A DNA stretch of 54,293 nt, from the IMG/VR virus record IMGVR_UViG_3300009164_000100, positions 1-54,293 of that record. One strand, 5' to 3'. Numbering within the stretch: position 1 is the stretch's first letter; every line of letters starts with the position of its first letter. Shown in pieces: positions 8,749 through 16,944 of this stretch. The notes beneath the pieces were generated by a model. The model did not search any database. It was not told where the DNA came from and saw only the letters and a program-made list of their open reading frames with translations. Made by a program: the position numbers and the translations under genes. Origin of the DNA: a virus. Taxonomy: Duplodnaviria; Caudoviricetes.

Positions 8749-8965
8749 TGTGACCTCTTGAAAGTTATGGCCGACATACAGGCTGTCGCCGCTTGGTGCA
8801 ATCACTTTGATACATACTGCGGAAAGCCGGGTCGCGCAACTGATTGCGTTTCGCCGTTGCACTTTTGGAATCTGTGACTATCCTACTTCTTGTAGGGGCG
8901 GTTGGGGAATCGCAGAGGCACAAGCCAAAGCCCGTCACGATGCTGTCCTTCGTCGTGGCGGGCCT

Positions 8966-9430
8966 TTACTTTCCTCTTATCCGGGCAGACCACGGGCCAC
9001 ACTTTCGGCCCCACTCTGCGAGCCATAGCGCATCTGCCTCGGCTATCAACAGATCGCGCTTCCACTTGTCCTGCGCGGATTCGCGGATTTGCTTCTTGAA
9101 GGAAGGCTGAAGATACCGCTTCGGCAACTCCAAGTCTCGATGCCAACTCGTATCACGATGCCGATGCAGCATAGCCTTCGCCAAGACGATTGCACCAAGA
9201 CATTCCCCCAACACCCGTGCCGCATGAAACTGTGGAGACTTGTCGCTGACAGAACCAAGCGTCACCGATACAACCTCGTTGCCCAACTCGGCAAGGTGAT
9301 CGGCTACCGATAACGCAGCGCGTCCAAAGGTTTCCGTCTCGATAAAGCGTGTCACAAGGATAAGCGAGCCGTCCTCGTTCAACGAAGCAACTGCGCCGTT
9401 TCGCTTAGGATCTACCCCCACGAAGATCAT
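8966..9430 (-). CDS. RuvC-like Holliday junction resolvase (possibly degenerate)
   Basis: N-terminal FVGVDP...GAVA, C-terminal AEADALWLA; central catalytic Glu not evident. Confidence 0.65.
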   Translation of the reverse strand: MIFVGVDPKRNGAVASLNEDGSLILVTRFIETETFGRAALSVADHLAELGNEVVSVTLGSVSDKSPQFHAARVLGECLGAIVLAKAMLHRHRDTSWHRDLELPKRYLQPSFKKQIRESAQDKWKRDLLIAEADALWLAEWGRKCGPWSARIRGK

Positions 9431-9431
9431 G

Positions 9432-9812
9432 CTACTCCTCCGTCACGGGCGTTACCGGATTGTTCCAAGTACCGCGCTTGGCGTTGGCGATCTCCCAATG
9501 ATCCTCTTGGACAATGAGAGCCGTAGCGACCTCACTTTCAATCGGAAGTTGGAAGTCCGTGCGCCCGGCCGTAACATACTCCACGGGGCAGCATAGAACC
9601 GTAGCCCACCACGCATGAGAGAGCGGCCATACCTCTGCGCTCGTCTGCCTGTGATGCAAGGCTTGGCGGGATAGTCCAATCCGAACCGACAAGGCCGACA
9701 TTGACCCGTAGATAGCCTTTGTCCGAGCGCGAATCATCTCGCCCGATACGGCGTGAGCCTGCCGACATTCCTTCTTTCGCGTTCTGCCTGTCTGCGTCTT
9801 ACCAATCAACAC
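9432..9812 (-). CDS. Hypothetical protein, possible HTH
   Basis: GGAGG RBS; SMSALSVRIGLSRQALHH resembles an HTH. Confidence 0.55.
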   Translation of the reverse strand: MLIGKTQTGRTRKKECRQAHAVSGEMIRARTKAIYGSMSALSVRIGLSRQALHHRQTSAEVWPLSHAWWATVLCCPVEYVTAGRTDFQLPIESEVATALIVQEDHWEIANAKRGTWNNPVTPVTEE

Positions 9813-9855
9813 TTCAACCTCCTACTTTTTGGGGGGATACCCAAAGTTGTCCACT

Positions 9856-9883
9856 AGGATACACGAATCTATCCACCCGTCAA
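9856..9883 (-). promoter_or_regulatory. sigma70-like promoter
   Basis: TTGACG-N16-TATCCT. Confidence 0.55.
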
Positions 9884-9887
9884 GGAC

Positions 9888-11315
9888 TTACTGAACTTCT
9901 TGACTTTCAGATGCAATCGGTTGCGCGAACAGGTCAATCTGATCGTCGCCCGGCTTCTTCCGCAGCACCTTGAGGCTAGAACCTGCCTTTGGTGCAGGCT
10001 TGACCACAACTTCGTCTGCAAACCCGCCGTTACGAAGCGCGTATTCAATCCGGGCCTTCGCTATCTCTAGGTATTCAGCATCTTGCTCGATGCCGATAAA
10101 GTTGAACCCTTCTAGCATAGCAGCCTTGCCTGTGCTTCCGCTGCCCATGAAAGCGTCTAGCACCACTCCGTTCGGTGGCGTGATGAGGCGGCAAAGGTAG
10201 CGCATGAGTTCTGTGTGCTTCACCGTAGGGTGATGGTTCTTGACCTTGCCTGCCGTTCTACTCGCGCCTGCGCGTGGGGAGTTTATGCCTGCCGAGCCTT
10301 CTTCTCGGTCAACCGCTTCTGCACCTGTTCTATCTACAAGATGTTCGCAGCCTTCCTCTCGGTCGCGGCGAGATGCTTTAGCACAGTAGAAGAAGCGGGC
10401 CGCGCTGCCTTTGCTTGGCTCTATGTTTTGTTTTGTAGGCTCCCGAACACCCCATGAATGTTGAACAAATGTGCCTTTGCCGCTATGCGCCCCGCCGTCA
10501 GGAAACCCCGACACCACCTCGGCGCTGCCGTCTGTGATAACATTAGCGGGCCATCTTCCCACAAAGGTTTTCTCGCCCGACTTCACATTACGGCCACCGC
10601 CTGTCGTCTCAAAGCCCCCCGATACCATCGTCAAGTCGTAGGTGCGTTCTTCCGTTCCAATGCGGCAAGCGTCGATGTTCAACGCGCCCGTGCCGTATCG
10701 CAGCACATTCGCCGCTACTGTTCCTTCAAGCGGCTTACGCAAAAGCCACCAATCTTCAGCGGCAGGTTTCAATGCGGTTCCCCAACCTTCCCACTGTTTC
10801 GCTTCGGGCGTAGCCGCAACCGTTATTGGCACCTCGATGGGTTTTACTCCTACGCTGTTTGTGTTCGATGCGTAAGTTCCGCCCTTCTCCGCTGTGCTCT
10901 GCGCGGCGTTGCCTCCTAACCGCTGATGCCCGATAACAGGTCTCTGCGCTCCCGCCGCCTTGTCTATCGCCTTGCCGACATTCAGCGACTTCGGGAAGCC
11001 TGTGCCAAACAAATGCACCACTTTGTCTCTAGGCTCCCAACCTGCGTTCTCCCACGCCGTTCCTGTCCAATGGGAAGTCCGAGGCAAGGCCCATACCAAC
11101 GCATGACCTCCGGGCTTGATCACGCGAAGGCACTCTCGCGCAATCGATTGCATCCACGCAATCCAAGCGTCACGGCCACCCTTGTCCGTATCCCACTCCT
11201 TGCCCATGAACGCGATTCCTGCCGGGGGGTCGGTGACGATTGCATCCACCGAACAGGAAGGAAGCGTCTTGAGAACCTTTAGGCAGTCTCCGTGGTGCAG
11301 CGTGAACTGTGTCAT
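9888..11315 (-). CDS. DNA amino-methyltransferase (N6-adenine/N4-cytosine, beta class)
   Basis: LHHGDCL, IVTDPPA (motif IV), HPTVK, VLDAFMGSGSTG (motif I), FIGIEQD. Confidence 0.93.
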   Translation of the reverse strand: MTQFTLHHGDCLKVLKTLPSCSVDAIVTDPPAGIAFMGKEWDTDKGGRDAWIAWMQSIARECLRVIKPGGHALVWALPRTSHWTGTAWENAGWEPRDKVVHLFGTGFPKSLNVGKAIDKAAGAQRPVIGHQRLGGNAAQSTAEKGGTYASNTNSVGVKPIEVPITVAATPEAKQWEGWGTALKPAAEDWWLLRKPLEGTVAANVLRYGTGALNIDACRIGTEERTYDLTMVSGGFETTGGGRNVKSGEKTFVGRWPANVITDGSAEVVSGFPDGGAHSGKGTFVQHSWGVREPTKQNIEPSKGSAARFFYCAKASRRDREEGCEHLVDRTGAEAVDREEGSAGINSPRAGASRTAGKVKNHHPTVKHTELMRYLCRLITPPNGVVLDAFMGSGSTGKAAMLEGFNFIGIEQDAEYLEIAKARIEYALRNGGFADEVVVKPAPKAGSSLKVLRKKPGDDQIDLFAQPIASESQEVQ

Positions 11316-13282
11316 GCCTGCTTGCTCGCTTCATAGGCCGCAATCCGTTCACCGATCCACTCCATGCAGTTGACCGCCATGCTGTTTCCTAGTGCCTTGT
11401 AGCGAGGACCGTCTGAAGCGGGCTTGCCACGAAAGGGAATCGCTGTCCAATCGTCCGGGAAGCCCTGCAAACGCTCGCACTCGCGGGGCGTGAGGCGGCG
11501 CACGTCGAAGGTTGCGGCATAGACCGCTGCGACCTGCTGCGTGACCTCCGACGATTGCGGCGACCTCGACGGATCGTTGCTCGCGGTGAGGGTCGGCACC
11601 ACAACATAGGGAGCAGAAGCCTCCAAGCAAGCAGGTGCGCCGTGTCCTCCGGCTGTCCTCAAAGGAACATGAACATCACCCGTTGTAGTGTTGTTGTAGA
11701 GGTCAACCCCAACTGCCTTCGTCTCAAAGGCAACGCAAGACCCGCAAGCACGCTCCGTGATTAGCGTCTGCGAAACATCTTCTACATCTGTGGTCGCTGA
11801 CCTCAAGGCCACCGTTCCTACCGTTGTGACAGTAGGTGCAGCGTTAGGTATCATAACTGCTGCGTAGCCCTGCCCCGGCTTGCCGCCACCGCAAGTAAGC
11901 GGATAGGAAATCTCGTCGAGTGACATCGTTCCACGAAACCCGTTCTCTTGGAAAGCAACGGGCTGCGGAATGAGAACTGCATTGGTGTTGGTTCCGTGCT
12001 GCTCGCGCACGACACCCATCACATCACCCGTGAGTTTGCTGTTGTAGACATCAAACGCAATCGGTTGCGCGTGCGCGACAATCGGCACACCTACTAGATG
12101 CGCGGTTTCATTGTATGGAGCCCAACCTGAAGCACCTTGCATTTTTGCCGTTAGGGTCGGTGACGGATCGTAGAATGGAACGGCCCGCGCTGCAACAATC
12201 GGCACGCCGCGCCCCGTTCCATCTTCGCTGCTATCATGCCGCTTCGTCAGCGCGTGCGACACGTCTGCGAGCCCTACGGCGTGCGGCCCCTTTGCCACAA
12301 GTGCGCTCATCGTCTCGCGTCCATCCTGAAGCGGATAGGCAACTATCGTTTCACTACCTCCGCCAAAGTCGCCTCCGGATGCGCGAAGCGTTCCAACACC
12401 TACCTTCCATTCTCCAAACCCTTTGCCTGTGTATGGCATCAGATTCGGACGTTCAGTGACAATCGGATTGCCCGTCACGCCGTCACGCCCGCACGATGGC
12501 CCCTTGTAGTCGCGGGCCGACAAAGTGGTGGCGACTTCTTGATTGGGCGCGTATCGGCTGATCACCACAGGGGCAGGAGCAGAAATCATGCGCCCCGTGC
12601 AAGCATCTTGCAGCGTTTCGCCTACGGTTCCCGCACAGATTGCGCCGACTGTATCAACGCCTGCCTCAAGGCTTGCGGCAAGGCCTTTCCCCGCCTTTCG
12701 GCGCGTTGAAGTATCCCGTTGCACGCTCTCGCGCTCAAATAGAACCGCTGCGGCACTTTCGCTGTCTCCAAGACATCCGACAACGAACACACGTCTCCTG
12801 CGCTGCGAGACGGCGCGTGGATGCCCGTTGCTTCTGCACCATTGAGCGTCCAAGACCCGGTAGGCCCACCCATACCCCAACTCCCCCAATGCCCCGAGGA
12901 AGGTTCCAAAATCCCGTCCTCCGTTGCTCGACAGAACACCGGGGACGTTTTCCCACACAATCCATCGAGGCCGTAGACGGTCAGCGATTGCAAGATAGGT
13001 AAGCATGAGGTTGCCTCGCGGGTCGGCAAGCCCTTTGCGTAGTCCTGCAACGGAGAAGGATTGGCAGGGGGTTCCTCCCACAAGAAGGTCAATTGATCCG
13101 GGTGCGAGTGGCCACGTTTCATGCTTCGTCATGTCTCCAAAGTTAGGAACATTCGGGTAATGGTGCGCCAACACCGCCGAAGGGAACTTCTCAATCTCCG
13201 AGAAGCCCACAGCCTCCCAACCAAGCGGGTGCCATGCGACAGAGGCCGCTTCGATACCGCTGCAAACAGATAGGTATCTCAT
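11312..13282 (-). CDS. DNA cytosine-5 methyltransferase with long variable region
   Basis: CSGIEA (I), GGTPCQSFS (IV), WENVPG (VI), QRRRRVFVVG (VIII), RRLTPRECERLQGFPD (IX), RYKALGNS (X). Confidence 0.95.
   Translation of the reverse strand: MRYLSVCSGIEAASVAWHPLGWEAVGFSEIEKFPSAVLAHHYPNVPNFGDMTKHETWPLAPGSIDLLVGGTPCQSFSVAGLRKGLADPRGNLMLTYLAIADRLRPRWIVWENVPGVLSSNGGRDFGTFLGALGELGYGWAYRVLDAQWCRSNGHPRAVSQRRRRVFVVGCLGDSESAAAVLFERESVQRDTSTRRKAGKGLAASLEAGVDTVGAICAGTVGETLQDACTGRMISAPAPVVISRYAPNQEVATTLSARDYKGPSCGRDGVTGNPIVTERPNLMPYTGKGFGEWKVGVGTLRASGGDFGGGSETIVAYPLQDGRETMSALVAKGPHAVGLADVSHALTKRHDSSEDGTGRGVPIVAARAVPFYDPSPTLTAKMQGASGWAPYNETAHLVGVPIVAHAQPIAFDVYNSKLTGDVMGVVREQHGTNTNAVLIPQPVAFQENGFRGTMSLDEISYPLTCGGGKPGQGYAAVMIPNAAPTVTTVGTVALRSATTDVEDVSQTLITERACGSCVAFETKAVGVDLYNNTTTGDVHVPLRTAGGHGAPACLEASAPYVVVPTLTASNDPSRSPQSSEVTQQVAAVYAATFDVRRLTPRECERLQGFPDDWTAIPFRGKPASDGPRYKALGNSMAVNCMEWIGERIAAYEASKQA
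12622..12873 (-). CDS. Nested alternative-frame ORF in the C5 MTase (putative second MTase polypeptide)
   Basis: Frame open 12622-13122; ATG at 12873 has GGGGAG upstream; encodes SLSDVLETAKVPQRFYLSARACNGILQRAERRGKALP. Confidence 0.55.
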   Translation of the reverse strand: MGGPTGSWTLNGAEATGIHAPSRSAGDVCSLSDVLETAKVPQRFYLSARACNGILQRAERRGKALPQALRQALIQSAQSVREP

Positions 13283-13387
13283 AGCCTCACGACTGCATTC
13301 TTGTTGCTCATCTTCCAACCTCCAACAAGCACCATAGGGCGCGTTCCCCCTATTAGCACAGGTTCCTCGGTCGTCAATAACTTCCGG

Positions 13388-13732
13388 TCAAGCCCCTACG
13401 GGAACATTGCCGCCGTCATTGTCGTCGTCGCTGTCCTCAACCGTCTGAATGATGCCCATGCGGTCGAGGTAGTCTCGCTCGTCATTCAGAATCTTCAGTT
13501 GCCTGCCCTTCTCCCGCAGCCAACAGGTACTACACAGATGCTTGGGCCGCTTGCCGCTCCAATCGACCCGCGCAAAGTGGACATAATCTTCCGCAACAAA
13601 CTTATTGCAGATCGAGATTACCACATTCTCGCCGTAGGCAATGTTGCCGTATCCGACATAGTACGGATACAGCGCGTGAACGGTTGGATCCTTCACGATG
13701 CACTCGGTCTTTCGTTTGCCTAGACGCGCCAT
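13388..13732 (-). CDS. Hypothetical protein with HLCSTC motif
   Basis: GGAGG RBS; TAATG coupling to the upstream gene. Confidence 0.65.
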   Translation of the reverse strand: MARLGKRKTECIVKDPTVHALYPYYVGYGNIAYGENVVISICNKFVAEDYVHFARVDWSGKRPKHLCSTCWLREKGRQLKILNDERDYLDRMGIIQTVEDSDDDNDGGNVPVGA

Positions 13733-13950
13733 TACTCGCCCTCCTCTACATAGGGTGAGGCAGGGCCGGCTTTAGGCTCGTCCTGCAAGGTCGCTATGGC
13801 CTCGGCAAAGGCATGGTTGATAACAGGGTAGATGCTCACCGCAGGGGTGGCATGAATAGCCGCGCACAGCCGTTCTAGGGCCATGCGCAGATCGTAGATC
13901 CGTTGCTTTGCGGCGTTGCGCTCGGCAATCAGCCGATACTCGTTATTCAC
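13732..13950 (-). CDS. Hypothetical protein
   Basis: GTG start with GGAGG, overlapping the previous stop; coiled-coil character. Confidence 0.55.
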   Translation of the reverse strand: MNNEYRLIAERNAAKQRIYDLRMALERLCAAIHATPAVSIYPVINHAFAEAIATLQDEPKAGPASPYVEEGE

Positions 13951-14119
13951 CGCTACCCTCCACACGCGCCACGCACGCCTTGTACGCTTCAACGCTCCGC
14001 CCGGAACACTCCGCGAACCGAAGCGCACGCTTATCGTTGCGGCTCACATTCGCCGCCACCGCAAACACGGCAATCGCAACAACGACAACAACCAAAACAA
14101 TCTCAATCGGCTTCAGCAT
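13943..14119 (-). CDS. Small membrane-anchored protein
   Basis: AAGGAGG RBS; MLKPIEIVLVVVVVAIAVFAVAA hydrophobic N-terminus; two Cys. Confidence 0.65.
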   Translation of the reverse strand: MLKPIEIVLVVVVVAIAVFAVAANVSRNDKRALRFAECSGRSVEAYKACVARVEGSGE

Positions 14120-14160
14120 CGGAACCTCCTTGCAACGGGCCAATCCCGTCGAACCCGAAC

Positions 14161-14188
14161 ATTCTAGCAGACCTTGATCTTGTGTCAA
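14161..14188 (-). promoter_or_regulatory. sigma70-like promoter
   Basis: TTGACA-N16-TAGAAT, TGC before -10. Confidence 0.7.
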
Positions 14189-14421
14189 GTATTATCCGAA
14201 TACCCGGCCCACCCACGGAAGGACGGGTCATGCACAACAGTCGCAAGTGTATTGTAGGCTCGGTCAAGGCTCGTTGACTCGACCGTAACACAGTCCACCT
14301 GATCGGGTGTTCCCGTCCGAAAGACCTCATAGCAGATCTTCGCTACGCCATTCGGCTTCACCTCGACAATCGAAACAAAGCGATCATACAACTGACTCGT
14401 TTCACGCCACACAACTTGCAT
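14185..14421 (-). CDS. Hypothetical protein
   Basis: AGGAGG RBS, own promoter. Confidence 0.65.
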   Translation of the reverse strand: MQVVWRETSQLYDRFVSIVEVKPNGVAKICYEVFRTGTPDQVDCVTVESTSLDRAYNTLATVVHDPSFRGWAGYSDNT

Positions 14422-14463
14422 CTTGGCCTCCTATGCAGGGTCAATCCCTACCAACGGAGCAAG

Positions 14464-14492
14464 ACACTATCAGTCGGTTAGCCGTGTGTCAA
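14464..14492 (-). promoter_or_regulatory. sigma70-like promoter
   Basis: TTGACA-N17-TAGTGT. Confidence 0.55.
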
Positions 14493-14713
14493 GAACCTTT
14501 ACCGAACCTCGGAGCAGGTATGCCGGGCGCGACTATCCATAGTGGTGCTACTTCCCGCTTATCGTTGTCGAGCAGCCGCTTGCGCTTTTGCTTCCGTCTC
14601 CGAAGCATCTCAAGCGGAACATCCTGTGGGTTCCCCCCGGCATACGGCCACGGTGGAGGCGCACCAACTAGGAAGCCCATAGGGTCGGTCGCAATGTTAC
14701 CGCTTGTCGTCAT
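14489..14713 (-). CDS. Hypothetical basic/Pro-rich protein
   Basis: AGGAAGG before ATG. Confidence 0.5.
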   Translation of the reverse strand: MTTSGNIATDPMGFLVGAPPPWPYAGGNPQDVPLEMLRRRKQKRKRLLDNDKREVAPLWIVAPGIPAPRFGKGS

Positions 14714-14858
14714 GGTGCCTTCCTAGCCTCGACAAGCGAGATCAGACTGTTGATCAAACGGCGCATACTCATTCTGTCCTCCAAAAAGTGGAACGCTCGC
14801 ACAAAGTAACCCATTCCGTTACTCCGTGCAAGCGTTACACAGGTGCAATCAATTGCGT

Positions 14859-15434
14859 TTAGGCAGAGAAGTCCCGGCGAATAAGCACGAAACGAGGCTG
14901 CGTAACAGCAGCGACCACAGTCAGCGTGTCGCCCGAAGCAATCTTCTTGAACTTGAAGTCAACCGTGGTGCCGCTAACCGCCGAGAACCACCAACGGATA
15001 ACAGCCGTTCCCGTAGTCGCCGTGATGTAGTTTGCAGGGATGAAGAAGTCAGCAGTCGGCCCCGTCGAAAGAACGGCCTGCACATAGAAGCCCGTCGAGG
15101 TATTGGCCGTAGCGGTGAAGGCGAAGCCAAAGTTGATGTCGGCGCAGTAGGTGGTCGTCGTGGTGCTGTCGCTCTCCACCGAATCGGGGATCGTGAACGG
15201 CGCAGCGAGAAGGCTCACATACGAAACCGTAGCCGTCAGAGTTCCCGCGCCGCTAAAGGCAACCGACACAGGCTTGTCGAGATACCAAGTCGCAGCCGCC
15301 TTCTCCGCAACCAAGCCCTGCGGCGTGGCGTAGATCAGCGTCTCACCTGCATCGGGAGCCGGGATCGGGTTGGCAGTCGAAGTGCCAACCTTGTCGAGAA
15401 CGAGGAGATAACCGTTAGGATCAACATACGCCAT
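14859..15434 (-). CDS. Hypothetical beta-rich protein, possibly virion structural
   Basis: Thr/Ala/Val-rich composition typical of tail appendage proteins. Confidence 0.6.
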   Translation of the reverse strand: MAYVDPNGYLLVLDKVGTSTANPIPAPDAGETLIYATPQGLVAEKAAATWYLDKPVSVAFSGAGTLTATVSYVSLLAAPFTIPDSVESDSTTTTTYCADINFGFAFTATANTSTGFYVQAVLSTGPTADFFIPANYITATTGTAVIRWWFSAVSGTTVDFKFKKIASGDTLTVVAAVTQPRFVLIRRDFSA

Positions 15435-15538
15435 GAGAAACCTCTAGTGTGAGAGACGAAGTTACCGCCGCCAAAAGATCGTAGGCGCAACAGATACGGC
15501 ACTCACATTAGAATTGCAAGCCCTTTCGGGCGCGACCC

Positions 15539-15880
15539 CTAGCGGGGGAACATACGGGCAAGGAGAGCGGCATTTCGTCGCTGCCACCAAGCCTCGTTTG
15601 CGGCGTCCTGCTCGGCGGCAAAGGCGTTCTCGTTGATGTCCTGCGCCGGACGGTCAACCCGCTTGGCAACGGGCGCGACCTTGGAAGCGGGCGTGACCAT
15701 AGCGACGAATCGCGGGTCGTTCGGAACCCTCCACTTCTTGCCCGGCTCACGCACGCGCTGAAGGCCACGCGCCTCAGTCGTCTCAACGACCAACGACTTG
15801 CCGTTGACCTTGACCACTACGCCCTCGGTCTTTTCACCGTTGGGCCGACCAAAGGAAACAATGTCACCCTTTCCAAACAT
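15539..15880 (-). CDS. SH3/KOW-like small protein
   Basis: FGKGDIVSF...EGVVVKVNGKSLVVET pattern; GGAGG RBS. Confidence 0.65.
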   Translation of the reverse strand: MFGKGDIVSFGRPNGEKTEGVVVKVNGKSLVVETTEARGLQRVREPGKKWRVPNDPRFVAMVTPASKVAPVAKRVDRPAQDINENAFAAEQDAANEAWWQRRNAALLARMFPR

Positions 15881-15929
15881 CTTCAACCTCCGCTTAGGCA
15901 GTCACCGTGACCACCGTTGTTACCTACGC

Positions 15930-15957
15930 ATCCTAGCAGATACCTACTGCCTGTCAA
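15930..15957 (-). promoter_or_regulatory. sigma70-like promoter
   Basis: TTGACA-N16-TAGGAT; spacer GCAG...CTGC. Confidence 0.7.
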
Positions 15958-15960
15958 GTA

Positions 15961-16239
15961 TTATGCTAGCAGAATCTTGGCTTCGTCGCGGTCAACCAAA
16001 ACCACGGTTCCGAACATCTGAAGGTCAATCGGCCAATCCGTCTCTGTGCGTGTCCGGATCGACCACGCCACTAAACCCTGCTCCTCGCCTTGTCGGTTCT
16101 GTATCGCAACCGCTCCGTGGGCAAGTTTGATAACCTCAAAGTCGCCACCGACGATCTCGTTGATTTTAGCAAGCGTTAGATCTTGCTCCTCCGTGACTTC
16201 TTTATCTCCCTCACTACTCACCCGGACCACTCTAATCAT
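15961..16239 (-). CDS. DUF3846-like protein
   Basis: LTLAKINEIVGGDFEVI...NxxGxxxGL...FGTVVLV pattern. Confidence 0.6.
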   Translation of the reverse strand: MIRVVRVSSEGDKEVTEEQDLTLAKINEIVGGDFEVIKLAHGAVAIQNRQGEEQGLVAWSIRTRTETDWPIDLQMFGTVVLVDRDEAKILLA

Positions 16240-16286
16240 CTTGTCCTCCTACTTTACGGATACCCATTACCCGTTCCTGTCCACCC

Positions 16287-16314
16287 ATTGTAGCAGGTCT
16301 GTCCACCCTGTCAA
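16287..16314 (-). promoter_or_regulatory. sigma70-like promoter (leftward of a divergent pair)
   Basis: TTGACA-N16-TACAAT, TGC extended -10. Confidence 0.75.
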
Positions 16315-16359
16315 GTATGTCAGTCGAGAAACTTTGTTGAACAATCCGTATCGTGATAC

Positions 16360-16388
16360 TTGACACACGGATAACCCGCCGCTAGGAT
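16360..16388 (+). promoter_or_regulatory. sigma70-like promoter (rightward of a divergent pair)
   Basis: TTGACA-N17-TAGGAT upstream of the plus-strand genes. Confidence 0.7.
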
Positions 16389-16431
16389 AGTCGTTGTCGG
16401 AACGGTTCCGATAAGTTGCAGGAGAGAGAAC

Positions 16432-16668
16432 ATGAGCAAGGCAGAGGCAATCGTGTGGCTCGCAGAGGCAAGGATGGAGCGAGACCGGGCAGCGGAGGCA
16501 TGGAACGCAAGCGGAGCGGAGATCAGGCGACTGACCGCCGCCCTCGCAGCGGAAGAGGCCAAGAATGACACGCTCAAGCGCGGGTACTACACGGCATGGA
16601 ACGCCGTGGGCAACGCAACGGCAGCACGCGACAAGGCATTCCGCGTCGAACGCGCAGCCGAGAAGTAG
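16432..16668 (+). CDS. Hypothetical coiled-coil protein
   Basis: AGGAG RBS, promoter upstream. Confidence 0.7.
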   Translation: MSKAEAIVWLAEARMERDRAAEAWNASGAEIRRLTAALAAEEAKNDTLKRGYYTAWNAVGNATAARDKAFRVERAAEK

Positions 16669-16677
16669 GAGACGAAC

Positions 16678-16944
16678 ATGGACACCCGAAACGCACTGAT
16701 CAACCACTTTGTCGCCAAGTATGCGGCAGCGATCCTGTCTCACGCAGAGGCAGACCGCCGCTACACGGGCGCGAAGATCAACAACAACCTGCCCGGAAAG
16801 GGCCGGACGAACGAAGATCTCCACGCCGCCTATCAGGAGTGGCAGGCCGCAGAGAAGGCGTGGTTCGCCTCCCTCGCCGTTCTGAACGCAGCGGTTGAGG
16901 ACCACAACATCGTTATGGCCTACCTCGACGCGAACGAGGCTTAG
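16678..16944 (+). CDS. Hypothetical helical protein
   Basis: AGGAG RBS directly after the previous stop. Confidence 0.7.
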   Translation: MDTRNALINHFVAKYAAAILSHAEADRRYTGAKINNNLPGKGRTNEDLHAAYQEWQAAEKAWFASLAVLNAAVEDHNIVMAYLDANEA

